From the NCBI RefSeq assembly GCF_000315625.1, contig NW_005434525.1, forward strand, positions 69,447 through 133,446: a stretch of 64,000 nt of DNA. Reading direction: 5' to 3'. The notes under the pieces are model-generated. The model did no database searches. It was given only the letters and a program-made list of their open reading frames with translations, and was not told the origin of the DNA. The translations under genes were made by a program, and so were the position numbers. Numbering within the stretch: the stretch's first letter is position 1; every line of letters starts with the position of its first letter. Shown here piece after piece: positions 1 through 13,225 of the stretch. Origin of the DNA: Guillardia theta CCMP2712. Its lineage: Eukaryota > Protista > Cryptophyta.

Positions 1-3000
1 GCTTGGCATCATGACGTCGACGAGGCAGAGGTCAGGAAGATAATCGCGATTGCCCAGCTCGGCGAGAGCTTCAGGAACATCCATGCAGACCTGGTGAGAG
101 CGACCAGAGAGGTGAGAAGACTAGGAGACAAACATGCAGAGAAGAGGAGACGAGAGAAGGAGAGGAGAGGAGAGGAGAGGAGAGGAGAGGAGAGGAGAGG
201 CGAGGAGAGGGGAAGGGAGGGAGAGGAGAGGAGAGAGTAGAGGAGAGTAAATACGGAGAGGGGGGAAGAGGAGAGGAGAGGAGAGGAGAGGAGAGGNNNN
301 NNNNNNNNNNNNNNNNNNNNNNNNNNNNNNNNNNNNNNNNNNNNNNNNNNNNNNNNNNNNNNNNNNNNNNNNNNNNNNNNNNNNNNNNNNNNNNNNNNNN
401 NNNNNNNNNNNNNNNNNNNNNNNNNNNNNNNNNNNNNNNNNNNNNNNNNNNNNNNNNNNNNNNNNNNNNNNNNNNNNNNNNNNNNNNNNNNNNNNNNNNN
501 NNNNNNNNNNNNNNNNNNNNNNNNNNNNNNNNNNNNNNNNNNNNNNNNNNNNNNNNNNNNNNNNNNNNNNNNNNNNNNNNNNNNNNNNNNNNNNNNNNNN
601 NNNNNNNNNNNNNNNNNNNNNNNNNNNNNNNNNNNNNNNNNNNNNNNNNNNNNNNNNNNNNNNNNNNNNNNNNNNNNNNNNNNNNNNNNNNNNNNNNNNN
701 NNNNNNNNNNNNNNNNNNNNNNNNNNNNNNNNNNNNNNNNNNNNNNNNNNNNNNNNNNNNNNNNNNNNNNNNNNNNNNNNNNNNNNNNNNNNNNNNNNNN
801 NNNNNNNNNNNNNNNNNNNNNNNNNNNNNNNNNNNNNNNNNNNNNNNNNNNNNNNNNNNNNNNNNNNNNNNNNNNNNNNNNNNNNNNNNNNNNNNNNNNN
901 NNNNNNNNNNNNNNNNNNNNNNNNNNNNNNNNNNNNNNNNNNNNNNNNNNNNNNNNNNNNNNNNNNNNNNNNNNNNNNNNNNNNNNNNNNNNNNNNNNNN
1001 NNNNNNNNNNNNNNNNNNNNNNNNNNNNNNNNNNNNNNNNNNNNNNNNNNNNNNNNNNNNNNNNNNNNNNNNNNNNNNNNNNNNNNNNNNNNNNNNNNNN
1101 NNNNNNNNNNNNNNNNNNNNNNNNNNNNNNNNNNNNNNCAAGAGGAAGAGGAAGAGGAAGAGGAAGAGGAAGAGGAAGAGGAAGAGGTAGAGGAAGAGGT
1201 AGAGGTAGAGGTAGAGGAAGAGGAAGAGGTAGAGGTAGAGGTAGAGGTAGAGAAGAAAGAGATTGTCAGTTATCATCTTCTGCAGACGATGATTGTTTAC
1301 CCTCGAGCCAACAAATCCCGAGTAAGCCTCTCCTGTTGATATTCCAATCCGAAGCTGAGAAAGTAGTGAGAAATTCATTCCTTGCTTCAATCCTCTTGCT
1401 TCTCCTATGCTGCATCCCCTCGCACTCTCACGACTCCCCTCCATCTCCATCTTCCTCGTCCTCGTCCTCGTCCTCCTCTTACTCGAGGTCTGACAGCTTT
1501 CCCTTGAAGGTTGTACGACATCTCGTCCGCCACTTTCAGAAAGTCCATGGCAACTTTGATGAGCCGCCTGCTGCTCGAGATCGACGAGTCCACGTGCTGC
1601 ACCTCAATCAGTTCTCCTGCTCCCTCTCCTCCTCTCTCTTCCCCCCTCCCTCCTTCTCTCCCTTCCCCTCCTCTTCCTTCTCCTTCTCCTCCTCCTCCCC
1701 CTTCTTCTCTCCCTTCCCCTCCCCCCTCCTTCTCTCCCTTCCCCTCCCTCATCCTTCTCTCGCTTTCTTTTCTCTTTCTCGTTCTTCTCACATGGTCAGC
1801 ATTGTCTGCAGGATTTTGTCCAGCAGCAAGAGAAGGACCAAGTCTGCGTATCAATCAAAAGAGGTGAAAGACGATGAAGAGCAAGACGAGCAGGAGGCCA
1901 AGGTGAAGAGCAGTGGAAGGAGCAGGCGGAATACTTGGAAGGAGGAGGAGGAGGAGGAGACCTACCTGGCCTCATGACCTGTCACCACCATGTACGTGTC
2001 TCCAAGGATTGGAAGCACTCCATGCTTGGAAGCGACATCATCCAGAGTCCTGTGCGCGAGTATGAAGGAGAGAGGAGGAGGAGGAGAGAGATGAGAGGTG
2101 TGGTGGTGGTGAGGAGGAGGAGGAGACGGAGAAGGAGGAGGAGGAGGAGGAGGAGGAGGAGACGGGAGAGGAGGATAGAAAGTAGAAAGGAGGATACTAC
2201 AAGAGAAGATTGAGGAGAAGGAAAAAGAAAAGGAAGAGACTGAGAAGGAGAAAGTAGAGGGAAAGCAGAAGAGGAGACAGAAGAGGATTAGGTAGAGGAG
2301 AAGGAGAAGAAAGGAAAACAAGAAGGGAAAACCGAGGATTGCTGACCCATAGAGATGGTTCAAGAAGTGAACAAACGTGTCCATCTCCATCCCTTGAGCA
2401 TATCTACACCATCATCATACGTGTCACGTAGCTTGTAATATCCCCTGCAACCAGATTAAATCAACCCCTTCCTCCTCACCTTCGCATGTTGACAAGCTCG
2501 CAGATGAGAACAGACACGTTCTCGTGATAGTCCATGATCATACTGCTTCCTGTTGGTCACCGTTAGCAAACAAACTCCCTCCTCTGCCTCCTCCTCATCT
2601 ACTCTCACACTTCCTCTCCCTCTCTTGCCCTCTTGCTCTCCTCCTCCCCCGCCAGCATCGTCCATTACCTTTCTTCAGCCTCATCTTGACGTTCTTGGGA
2701 AGTCTGTGCAAAGAAAACATGAATCCTGCTCCTGCTCCTGCTCCTTCCCCACTACTATCTCCTCATCCTTTGGTTGCGGCAATACCTTTCGGATCGAGCT
2801 TGCCAGCCTCCAAGTTTTTGGATTTCATTTCTCCAAAGTTCTCTGATGAGCAGTGTCAGCAACGAAAACACAATTCATGCAACAATCATCTTCAACTCCA
2901 TCTTCATCATCATGACTTGAATTGTCATTATTGTCCTCTCCACTATCCTCATTTCCATCCTCCTCCTGCTCCTGCTCCTGCTCTTCATCACCGTATCTTC

Positions 3001-5746
3001 AGTTGCACATCGATCCTCGCGTTCAGCTCGCCGGCGCTGAAAGGTTTGGTGATGTAATCGTTGCATCCCAGACTCAATCCGCGAACAATGTCTTCGTCTC
3101 CTGATCGCGCGCTCACCTGTCAACGGCAATTAACCGTCCATGTCAAATGCGATGCAAGATCAGGTCAATCCGTTTGTGTTGCTTGTGAATGTGACAAGAA
3201 CAAGAGCAAAAGGTAGAACAAGAGCAAGAATGTCAAGATCGAAGACATGTTTGAGATAATCAAACAATGAGAGGGCGATGTTATATACGTTTCAAAAGGG
3301 TATTGTCGACAGATCACTTTCAGTTGTCACGAACAGCAAACGTCTTCTCGTTTTCAGAAGACACAGTATCTCATCTCATCTCATCTCATCTCATCTCATC
3401 TCATCTCATCTCATCTCATCTCATCTCATGTTTCTTTCAGTCCAAGTCTCAACTCACCATGATGATTGGAAGCGCATTCTGGGGATGTTTGCGACGGAGA
3501 GTCTGACACACCTAACAAAACAAATATCAAGAATCCTCCCCTCCTCCTCCTCCTTCACCTCCTCCTCCTCCTTCACCTCCTACTCCTCCTTCACCTCCTA
3601 CTCCTCATTCTCCTTCTTCAACTCCTTCTCCTTCTTCTCTCATTCTCCTTCTTCTCCTCATTTTCCCATCCTCCTCCTTCCCTTCCTCCTCTTGTTCCTT
3701 CTCCTTCTTCTCCTGCTCCTGCTCCTGCTCCTCTTTCTCACCTCGAACCCGCTCATCACAGGCATCATGCAGTCCAGCAGGATGAGGTCAGGTAGGTAAC
3801 TTCGGCTTTCAAGGAGCTCCAGGGCCTCTGTTGGCAGCCATGAGGAACAAGTCCGTGACGAAAGCAATCATGGTATGTATCAGTACGAGCAGAGACCATG
3901 GTAATATGATCGCAGTGAAAGAAATTAAGATGATGTTTGTGATGTCAGGAAATCAGAACAACACGTCTCAATGAAGGTGATGTTTGTGATGTCAGGAAAT
4001 CAGAACAACACGTCTCAATGAAGGTGATGTTTGTGATGTCAGGAAACCAGAACAACACGTCTCGCATCAACTCACCTACTCCACTCATGCACGTTGTGAT
4101 CTTGAAGCCTCGCGGAGTGAGAATGTTTTCAACAACCATGTGGTTGACCTGTTTGCGAGCAAGAGCGGTAAAGGTGATGAAAACAACAAGAGAGCAAAGA
4201 GAGAAGTTAATACCTCGTTGTCATCCACAGAGAGAATCTGAGAAGAAAGAAGACAAGGGAGCATGAAGCATCAACGACAAATAGACAACAGGCAGAAGGA
4301 GAGGAAGAAGAAGAAGAAGGGAGACGATGACGAAGAATACAAACACAACAACAGTAAGAGAGAAGATTGTACGAGTCAGCAACGCTGTCTGCAACCATCT
4401 TGCCACTCCTCACCTCGATGCAGCCATGAATCTCACTGTGGTATGGAATTTTCGCGTCTCTTGTTTGTTCATCGTCCTGAAGATAAAAGCTAAAGGATAC
4501 CGAAAACAAACATCGAAACAAGAAATGAATCAGCAGGCATTAATGGAAGTGACATTAAGATGGCACATTCAACGATTCAGATGAACCTTAGGGAAACTCG
4601 TATGATGTTTGTGACGTGTGCAACATGATGATATGACAGATGAGTTGGAGCAGAAACGTTTGTTAACAGATCACAAATGAATCTAAGAAAGCTTTCTCTC
4701 TCAACACAACAAGAACACGTCGCATTTGCCTGTGACAGGAGTGTTGTCTTCACCTGAAGCACAGCATCGTTGCTGGTTGAGTTCTTGCTTCCGTGCAACA
4801 CCTGAAGGTGGGGATGAGCGATGAACAAGACCAGACAATCTGATGACTGAGGATGCAGTGGATGTGCTGTTGCTGTTGTTGTTGCTGTTGTTCATGGAGA
4901 AGGAGGAGGGGGGAAAGGAGGAGGACAAGGACGAGGAGGAGAAGGAGAATGTGAAGGAGGACAAGGATCAGGACGAAGAAGAGCAAGAGGAAGAGGAGGA
5001 CAAGGAGGAGAACGAGGAGGAGAACGAGAAGGAAATGGGAGGAGCAGGAAGACCAAAAAAAGGACGACACAGTAGGGCGAATGTAACAGTATAAGAGAAG
5101 ACTGACATGTTCCAGCTCTTCCAATCGTTTCTTCAACCTCTCGTTCTCGTCCGTCACTTCTTTGATGGATTCAGTAGAGGAGCAGCGAGTGAATTTTTCT
5201 TCGGCTGCTCCAACATAAATCAGCTGAACACGGCAAAAGGAAAGAGAAGAAGTTGGGTAGGTAGGAAGTGATAGGTGGAAAGAATTAGATGAGAGTAGGG
5301 GATGGAGAGGAGGGGAGGGGAGAGGAGAGGAGAGGAGAGGAGAAGAGAAGAGAGGAGAGGAGGAGAGGAGAGGAGAGGAGAGGAGAGGAGAGGAGAGGAG
5401 AGGAGAGGAGAGGAGAGGAGAGGAGAGGAGAGGAGAGGAGAGGAGAGAAAAGCTCCATGCTGACCTGAAAGCTTACATCTTTGCTCTAGCTCTACCTCGA
5501 GCAAATGTTGCTAACTGCAACATCAGCAACTTAGTTATTGTTTTCCTGCTTGGAGAGTCTGACTGAAACTTGTGCTCCGGTTCATAAAAGAACTTGAGAT
5601 TGACATGTTTGCTCACGTGAGAACGAGAAGAGCAGAAAGTCAAGGATGAGATAGATACGCACTTACTCCAACCTTCACGCTTCTCTCGAAACAAGTTTCA
5701 TGGAAGGAACATACACCCACGTCCGGTGAACATTACATATTTCCAT
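1..5746 (-). CDS. Multi-exon signalling protein: receiver (REC) - class III adenylyl/guanylyl cyclase - second REC; continues past the left edge; 5' end approximate
   Basis: Minus-strand exon fragments: ILSVDDNE (~4214-4237), VNHMVVENILTPRGFKITTCMSG, EALELLESRSYLPDLILLDCMMPVMSGFE (REC); FVHFLNHLY, TLDDVASKHGVLPILGDTYMVVTG, LRIGISTGEAYSGFVG (cyclase); VCMDVPEALAELGNRDYLPDLCLVDVMMPS at 1-90 (second REC). Introns are microsatellite-rich. Confidence 0.75.
297..1138. other. Assembly gap (N run) between GA-rich microsatellites
   Basis: Run of n. Confidence 0.99.
3925..4063. repeat. About 3 copies of a ~46-bp tandem repeat in an intron
   Basis: gatgtttgtgatgtcaggaaatcagaacaacacgtctcaatgaaggt repeated. 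Confidence 0.85.
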
Positions 5747-5962
5747 CAGGAGCAAGTAGGCCCGGACTAATACTCGACAAGCACAAGGTAGGAGGGCCCG
5801 GAAAGCAGAGGAGGAAGAGAAGGAGACGAGGACGAGAGACGTTGGTGGTGGTTAGAGTGTCCTGCAGGGTTCAAACGCTTCACAGGCAAACACTCTCATC
5901 ATACTCTTCTGAAAGACAAGCTGTGAATAGACGGAACTGAGAACAGACAGCAAGCCTGATGG

Positions 5963-8900
5963 TTGAGAAACTTTGAGGAAGAGAAGGAGGAGGAGGAGGA
6001 GGAGGAGGAGGAGGCAGCCGAGAGCGTGCGCATGCGGCAGCTTGTCCACGGGGATATGGAGGAAGATATGCTCGAATCTCTCCACCCTGAGTCGGACTGG
6101 AGCCTGAAGAACCCTGCCCTCCTCGAAGAAAGCTTTGCCAGTGCCAGCTGCGACTCGATGAGGAGGCGGAGGATGGCAGACAAGGCAGCGCTGGTGTACC
6201 AGCTGGTGGAGAACATGCTGGTGAAGGAGAACGCAGAGATACTTGTTTGCAAGGGGCTGGAAGAGGAGGCGGAAACAAAACATCGCCAAGTGGAAGAGAA
6301 AGTATCGGAAGTGAATCTCTTTCTTGAGCATGTTCAGAGAAGAACTGAAGGGGAAATACGAAAGTTGAGACAGGAAACAGAAACGATCTTATCAAGCATG
6401 CAGTCTGAAATCAAAGATTTGACCCGAATGAATGAAACCTTGCAGAATGAGATCAGAACGCAAAAGCATCAGCTTGGTGTGATGAGAAATGAGATGAGAG
6501 ACAAAGAAAGTCAAATCTGCATCCTGTCAAAGAGCTGCGTCGATTTTAAGTTTGACATGATGGACACTTCTGAGCTGATAGATCAGCTGGAGGTTCAGTT
6601 CGGGTATACCGAGCAAACAGCGTTGAAAGCTAGACAACAAATCTTTTGTACAATAGAGAAGGAGAGAGGAGAGCGAGAGAGGAGAGCGAGAGAGCTTGAG
6701 AGATGCCAGGTACATGCCTGAACTGCCGCAAACTGCTCATGACGTGTTGAACGTTAAGGGACAGAAGGAACAGCTCGAGGCTCTGTTGAGAGAAAGAGAC
6801 GCTATGCAGTCAAATACAAACGAGAGACTGAATGACTTGCAAGAGCTGGCTTCAGCAGAGATTCATGATTTGAGACGGAAACTTTCGCTCGCTGAAAATC
6901 AGAAGATGGATCTAATGGCAGCGTGGTACCCTACACTGCCCCTGCTTTTCGTTGGTAGTGATAAAACTCTCAGGGAAATGGAGAAGATGGAAAATCAAAC
7001 TGCTCTGGGTGAAACATCTACATGGATAGACAATGTTGTTCTCGTTTCTTCTTCTCCTGCCTCTACCTCTACCTCTACCTCTACCTCTACCTCTACCTCT
7101 GCCTCTGCCTCTACCTCTTCCTCTACCTCTGCCTCTGCCTCTACCTCTACCTCTACCTCTACCTCTGCCTCTAGCAGCGCCGTGTAAAACTTGTTGAGAT
7201 CATGGAGGAGGATAGTGTTGACAGTTCCTGACGTTTGTAAGCAGCTGATGGAAGAAGTGAAAAGGATGCACAGAAGTTTATCTGACTTGCAACACTTACA
7301 TCTAGAGGTATTCTTCTACCAAACTTGTCAGGATTTGACCGTCCTTTCAGGCTCAGCACAAACTCGATCAGATTGAGAATTGTCAACACGGTCTTGATTC
7401 GACGATGAGGCAATTGCATGTCAGGTTGAGGTAAAGTGTTGTTCGTGTGCATTGGCGATTTCAAGAGGTTTGATCAGTTTTCTGTCCCACAGTGATTTCC
7501 TTCAGAGTGATTCAGCACATGCAAACGACATGACGGCACTGAAAACAATCTGCGATTCAGAGCGACAACGATCGAAGCAGGCGGAGGAGGAAGCATGTAA
7601 ACTACTACAACAGGTGCCATTGCTGATCTGATCTGAGGCTGCACTCTGACTCTTAGGCTTGCAAGATAACAACTCTGCGGGATGACGCCGCCTACCTGCT
7701 AGGGGCTCTTTCTACAACGCAGATACATGAATGTGTTCAGCTCAATCTCCTGCATGTCATCGAAGGCTCTGTCGATCGACTGTCTTGCACTTGTGAGAGA
7801 ATGTTGGAACGTCAGGTTCTGTTCCTAGCGCAGCTGGAAAGCGAACGAGTGAACAACGACCGGGAGATCAGGGAAGGGTTGTCAAGGATGAAACTTGAGC
7901 TCAAACATTTGAGTGATGGGCTGGCATCTTTCTGCAATGAAGCCTTGCACGATCAAGATCTGAGGGTTGAAAACTGCAAATTCCATCAGTTGTCTTCATC
8001 AATTCTCATCGACATCACTGAACTGCGAGCAGAGAGTCGGGTGTGTTTGCAAGAGAGTGAAGAGATGGTCCAATCTTACAACAAGAGGTGCAAACAAAAA
8101 GCCTTTCTCAGCCACAAGTATCACATCATGATCGAAAGAAACGAAGACCTCCAGGACAAGTACGACGCCCTGCTGGATCAGCTGCAGCAGATCTCTGAGC
8201 AGAGCAGCGTCTTGGCTGCTGTCAGAAGCGTCGGGGAGGAGGCGAGGCTGCACCGGAGAGCAGCCGGGGCCCTTGCGAGTGCTGGCCCTGGACAAGAAGG
8301 AGATGGAGAGGAGGAAAGGAGAGTCCGGGAGTTAACTGACAGGGAGTATCAAGTCAGTCAAGTGCTGGACGCGCTAGAGCGATCGGTCAACCGATTGAGC
8401 ATGTTCAACTTGGACCTTGTAGCCATAACCAACGAGGTTCTGACTGGCAGGGCGACCAGAGCAGCGGCTGGACACGCCACAACAAGACCAGAAGGAGATG
8501 AGAGTTGTGAACATGAAGCTGAGCGACCATGGAGAATGGTTGCGGTTGTCATGATGAAATCAAGAGAGAGGACAAGCAAGATGAAGACTTTCTCCTTTCT
8601 TCAAATCAATCGCTCAATCAACAAGACGTACAAGCATCTGGTCAGGCTCCATCAAGATCGGATCAGCTGGGCCTCTCGCTACTCCGTTCTGCACAACTTG
8701 CAAGAGAACGCGGAGAGCAAGAGGTGGAAGCTTCTCACAGCCGACGTGGATCACCTACATCAAACGATGGAGACCTTGCTTCACGCCCTCTCAACCGTCT
8801 CCTTGCATCATAACTCGTCAAACGTCCCCTCCTCCTCTTCTCTCCCCAAGAAATCATTTGGCTCATCAATCGGTCAAATCTCAGCTGCTGGCTCTGCGTC

Positions 8901-9672
8901 TCGCAAGGTTGCTCATTCCCCGTTTGACAACTTTTTATCCCCATCCCCGTTGGACGTTCCCCGCTACCCTAGCAAGGAGCTCGAGGTCCTGCTGGTGCGC
9001 CAGGAGAGGCTCAAGAACAAGAGTGATGCTGTCGACAGGGTCAAGTGTGCAAGCTGGAAGAGGAGAAAAGGATCCTTGACAACTGTGCTGGAAAAGCTGC
9101 TGAGGAAATTCAGCGACTGGTTGCTGAAAATGACGGTGAAGGCGTGCAGATGAAATCGCGAGACTGACGAGAAGGTGGCAGATCTTCACAGCACGTTGAC
9201 TCTCTTACAACAACATCACAACGCTCTCAGGGAAGATGTAGACATGAGCAGGCTCGAAGCCGCCAAGGCTAAGGTGGGAGAAGAACACCTTCGACAGGAG
9301 CTTGAGGCGGCCCTTGCGCATCATGCAGCGGAGAAGAGAAGCATGGCTGCTCAGATCGTGAGGATGCGCGAGAAGGTTGAGAAGGAAAGCACTGGGGAGG
9401 TGAGGCAGGTCAGAGAAGAACTGAACAAACAGATCGACCACAACAGAGAACTGCTCGATGAGCTCGAGTCAGCCATCGTTAGCAACCACAAGCTGCAGCA
9501 AGCCAACCACACCCTCGACCATATCCTTTCGCGGCTAAGAGACGAGCTCACTTCGCTCAAGTCAGCCATGGTGCATGCTGTGGACGACCATGCTGGCAAG
9601 AATAGTCTTGAAGCCTTGCTTGGCACCATCGATCGATTTCTTGACGAAGCTCAGGCGCTGTTGGTTGAATGA
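5963..9672 (+). CDS. Multi-exon long coiled-coil protein of unknown function (boundaries approximate)
   Basis: Successive E/L/K/Q-rich heptad-like ORF segments (5963-6721, 6696-7187, 7801-9153, 9175-9672) joined by short GT..AG introns. Confidence 0.6.
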
Positions 9673-9741
9673 AGCCTGTTCACTCTCCTTCTTCATGTTA
9701 CGCCTCTTCTTCCCTCATCTGTTCCTTGCTCGACCCATGTA

Positions 9742-9938
<197 letters not shown>

Positions 9939-9943
9939 CCTCC

Positions 9944-10043
9944 NNNNNNNNNNNNNNNNNNNNNNNNNNNNNNNNNNNNNNNNNNNNNNNNNNNNNNNNN
10001 NNNNNNNNNNNNNNNNNNNNNNNNNNNNNNNNNNNNNNNNNNN
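9944..10043. other. Assembly gap after a (CT)n microsatellite (~9750-9943)
   Basis: Run of n. Confidence 0.99.
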
Positions 10044-10207
10044 CCCCATCATCATCCAGACTACCTTAGTCTTCCCAACTTGTTCTTCATCTTTCAGATC
10101 CCTGTACAAGAGGTACCCCGAAGAACATCTTCATCCACCTTCTCAGACGATGGGAGGAACCGGAGATGTCCATGTCGGGGCAGATGAGCCTGTTCGGCGG
10201 TCTCGCT

Positions 10208-10261
<54 letters not shown>

Positions 10262-10988
10262 CTCCTCCTCCTCCCTCCCTCCCTCCCTCCCTCCCTCCCT
10301 CCCTCCCTCCCTCCCTCCCTCCCTCCCTCCCTCCCTCCCTTCCTCTCCCCTCCTTCGTCTCCCCCTCCCTCCCTTCACGCTGGCTAGTCAAATGTGAAAG
10401 CTGGATTGACCTGTTTAGAAAACACCCCACCGTTACTTACCTTAGTGACTACCCTACCCTATCTTTGACCTTGCAATCCATATCGAACGTAGGGGTAACG
10501 ACAAGAAACCTGATTGGAAGAATTCGCCCAAAGAAAGGGTGGGGTGGGAGTGGTCAGTTGGCCATGGCGAACACAAGCAGCAAGCATGGCGAGCAAGAGC
10601 AGGAGAGGGAGAGGGAGAAGCAGGAAGCGAAAGCAGCAGCAGCAGATGTAGCAGGAGAAGGAGAAGCAGCACGACTAGGAGTAGCAGGAGTAGGAGTAGG
10701 ATCAAGGAACGAACATATAACACAAGAACAACAGGCGGCCATGTCGAGAAATTCATTCGTAAACTCACGCGGAAACCAGTCTAGACAGGTTACAGGGACG
10801 GGGATGAGGATGTGAAAAGATGAAACAAGGAAGAAATAACAGAGGAAACAGCACGAAAACTATTCCTCTGTCTCTCCATATGTCATGTAGTGCAGTTTGA
10901 TTTAACCAATGTCCACATCACAGGACATGGAACAATAGCTCCATGAGCGATACAGTCACGAGCGTAAGGAGAGCAAGGGATCTACGGC

Positions 10989-13026
10989 ATGATGAGTTGG
11001 TCTTCGAGAGGATTCGTTTCCCTCCTGTCGTTGCTCCTGGTCGGCCTCATAATGTCAGTAGGTGAGTGATGGGAGATTTGAATCAATGTCAGCTTCTCTT
11101 GATTGCCTTGCAGACGCAGAGCTCAATTACACCACCACCACCACCACCACCACCACAACAACAACAACAACAACAAAATTCACATCGACAACAACAGCAA
11201 CACTCTCTTCCACTCCTTCAACGTCATCTCCATTCATCGAAACCTCAGCTCCTTTCTCTATCCCCACAAGCTCTACACTTCCTCCTGCCTCAACCCCTCT
11301 CCCTGTCGGAAAGTGTGGCGACGGTCGGCTGGATAGCGGCGAGGAGTGCGACGACGGGAACGCGGAGGACGGGGACGGTTGTAGCCGTGAGTGCAAGGTG
11401 GAAGGGTCGATATGGACGTGCACTGGACAGCCGTCATCGTGTCTTCTCAACGTCGTCGCTGCCTTCACCCACCTGGAGCTGAGAGGAGAACACCAGATCC
11501 CCAACGCGAGGAACAGAGTGCGGGTCATCATCGCCTGCAACGTCGAGCTCCAAAACCTCTCGCGCGTCACCTTGACGGGTCTTACCAGCTCGTCAAACCT
11601 CGCTGAGGTTCAGATCTCCGGGCAGAACCTCGTCAGCCCAGCTCCATGGCAGCCAGTCGCTGGCCAGCTGCTGCTGACCCTGTCAAGTGACATCCTCCTG
11701 CCCAACGTGCTGTTGGCATTCGAGATGATGATCGACAACCCGCCGCAAACTCTTGACAACGTGACCGTGAGCTGCTCGGGCTGCTCAAAGATTCCTTCAA
11801 TCTCCAGGTTGCAGCTGGCGGGAAAGGCTGCAGTCCTCTTCGTGACCCCCCCAGTTGCCCCATCGTGCTCGGTTTCTCAGCTCTTCGGCTCTGCATGTCA
11901 ATATAAATGTTACGGTGTCATCTCAGGCTCCCAGTGCCTCTGCCTCGTGGACCATTTCGGATTTGACTGCAGTCAAATCGCCATCAAGGACGCCAGTCTC
12001 TCAGCTGCCCCTGTGCGGGCTACAGCTGGGGTCAAGACAGTCGTGCAGTCACAGCTTGGCACTGGCGTCGAGGTCCCTCCAGGCGCTCTCGATGCTGATG
12101 CCTTCATCTCAATGGACGTGTTTGACGTGCTTGTCAAGGTTGCACAGGGGGAGGAGGCAGTTCCAGTCGGGCCGGTGGCTGTCTTTCAGCCGGAGGGGCT
12201 GACTTTCAAGGCTCCTGTCAAGATGGCTCTCTCGCTCAACTCCTCCCTCGTGCCCACAGGAAAAAAAGTGTCAATCTGCTTCAGCAAGGCTACAGCAAGT
12301 TTGCCGACATGGGAGTGTCTCGATGGAAGCTGGCAAGTGGGAGGTACTGTCTTCGCGTACACCACTCACTTCTCCATGTACTCAGCGATGGCTGTCAAAC
12401 AGCAAGTAGCTCCTTTGCCGCAGGAGAAAGTCGTCCCGTACCTCCCATCGCCACTACTCTCTGTTCCTCCGTCTCAAGTCTCGAAGCCCAACATTGACGT
12501 CACCCTGACGCTCCCGATGTCTCAGTCAACCTTCAACGAGGAGAAGGAGGAGCTGCGTTACGTGCTAGCTGTGACTCTCCGACTGCCCGTCCAGCTCGTT
12601 GGCAACGCGTCATCTGCCGGGTCAGGCTCCGGCAACGCTCAGCTGGACTCTTCCCTGGTGATCAAGCTACAGGTCGAGAGCAACGACACTACGACAACGC
12701 TGAGGAGATGTGACCTAGTCACCATCAACCCCGTCCTCTCCCTCTACTCTCTTCCTAACGCCACATCTCTGCAGTGCAGCCTGACCGGCCTCTCCCTGCT
12801 CGATCAGCCCATGGCTCTTGTCTTGATCGTGCTTGGGGCTGTCCTCGGTGTCGTCCTGCTCTTCTTGCTGTGGGTGTTCAGGCGGAGGGTCTTCTGGAGG
12901 CTCAAGAGGACGCAGAGGGTTTCACCGCAAGCCGACAAGTCCGACGATAAGGATGACATGGAGCAGGGGCCTGCCGGCAGCACGGCGGACGAGGAACAGC
13001 CAGCGCTGCGATCTGTTGTGCCTTAG
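10989..13026 (+). CDS. Single-pass membrane protein: signal peptide, Thr-rich stalk, myxococcal-type Cys-rich repeat, EGF-like motif, ZU5/GPS-like region, C-terminal TM helix
   Basis: Exon 1 (10989-11061, MMSWSSRGFVSLLSLLLVGLIMSV) splices in frame across GTGAG..TTGCAG (11062-11113). Motifs: CGDGRLDSGEECDDGNAEDGDGCSRECKVE; CLCLVDHFGFDC; GVEVPPGAL..GPVAVFQPEGLTFKAPV; AYTTHFSMYS; LVLIVLGAVLGVVLLFLLWVFRRR. Confidence 0.8.
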
Positions 13027-13031
13027 AGGCT

Positions 13032-13225
13032 TACAGTCATAGCGCTAGCCTGTGACTGATGATGAATACAGTCATAGTTCTGGTGACTGATGTTGATGAA
13101 AACAGTCATCGGCAGTGAGTGCTGGTGACTGATGTGAATACAGTCACGGCATAGTGCTAGTGACTGATCGGATACTATGATGAATTGAGTAAAGATATGA
13201 ATACAGTCATAGTGCTAGTGACCGT
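13032..13225. repeat. About 5 degenerate units, each an inverted repeat CAGTCA..TGACTG
   Basis: acagtcatag...gtgactgatg repeated with variable loops directly after the stop codon at 13026. Confidence 0.6.

Noticed and set aside
71-5504. Many low-complexity ORFs (poly-L/S/E/R) and the ORF spanning the N gap
   Set aside because: Microsatellite-rich introns and gap artefacts
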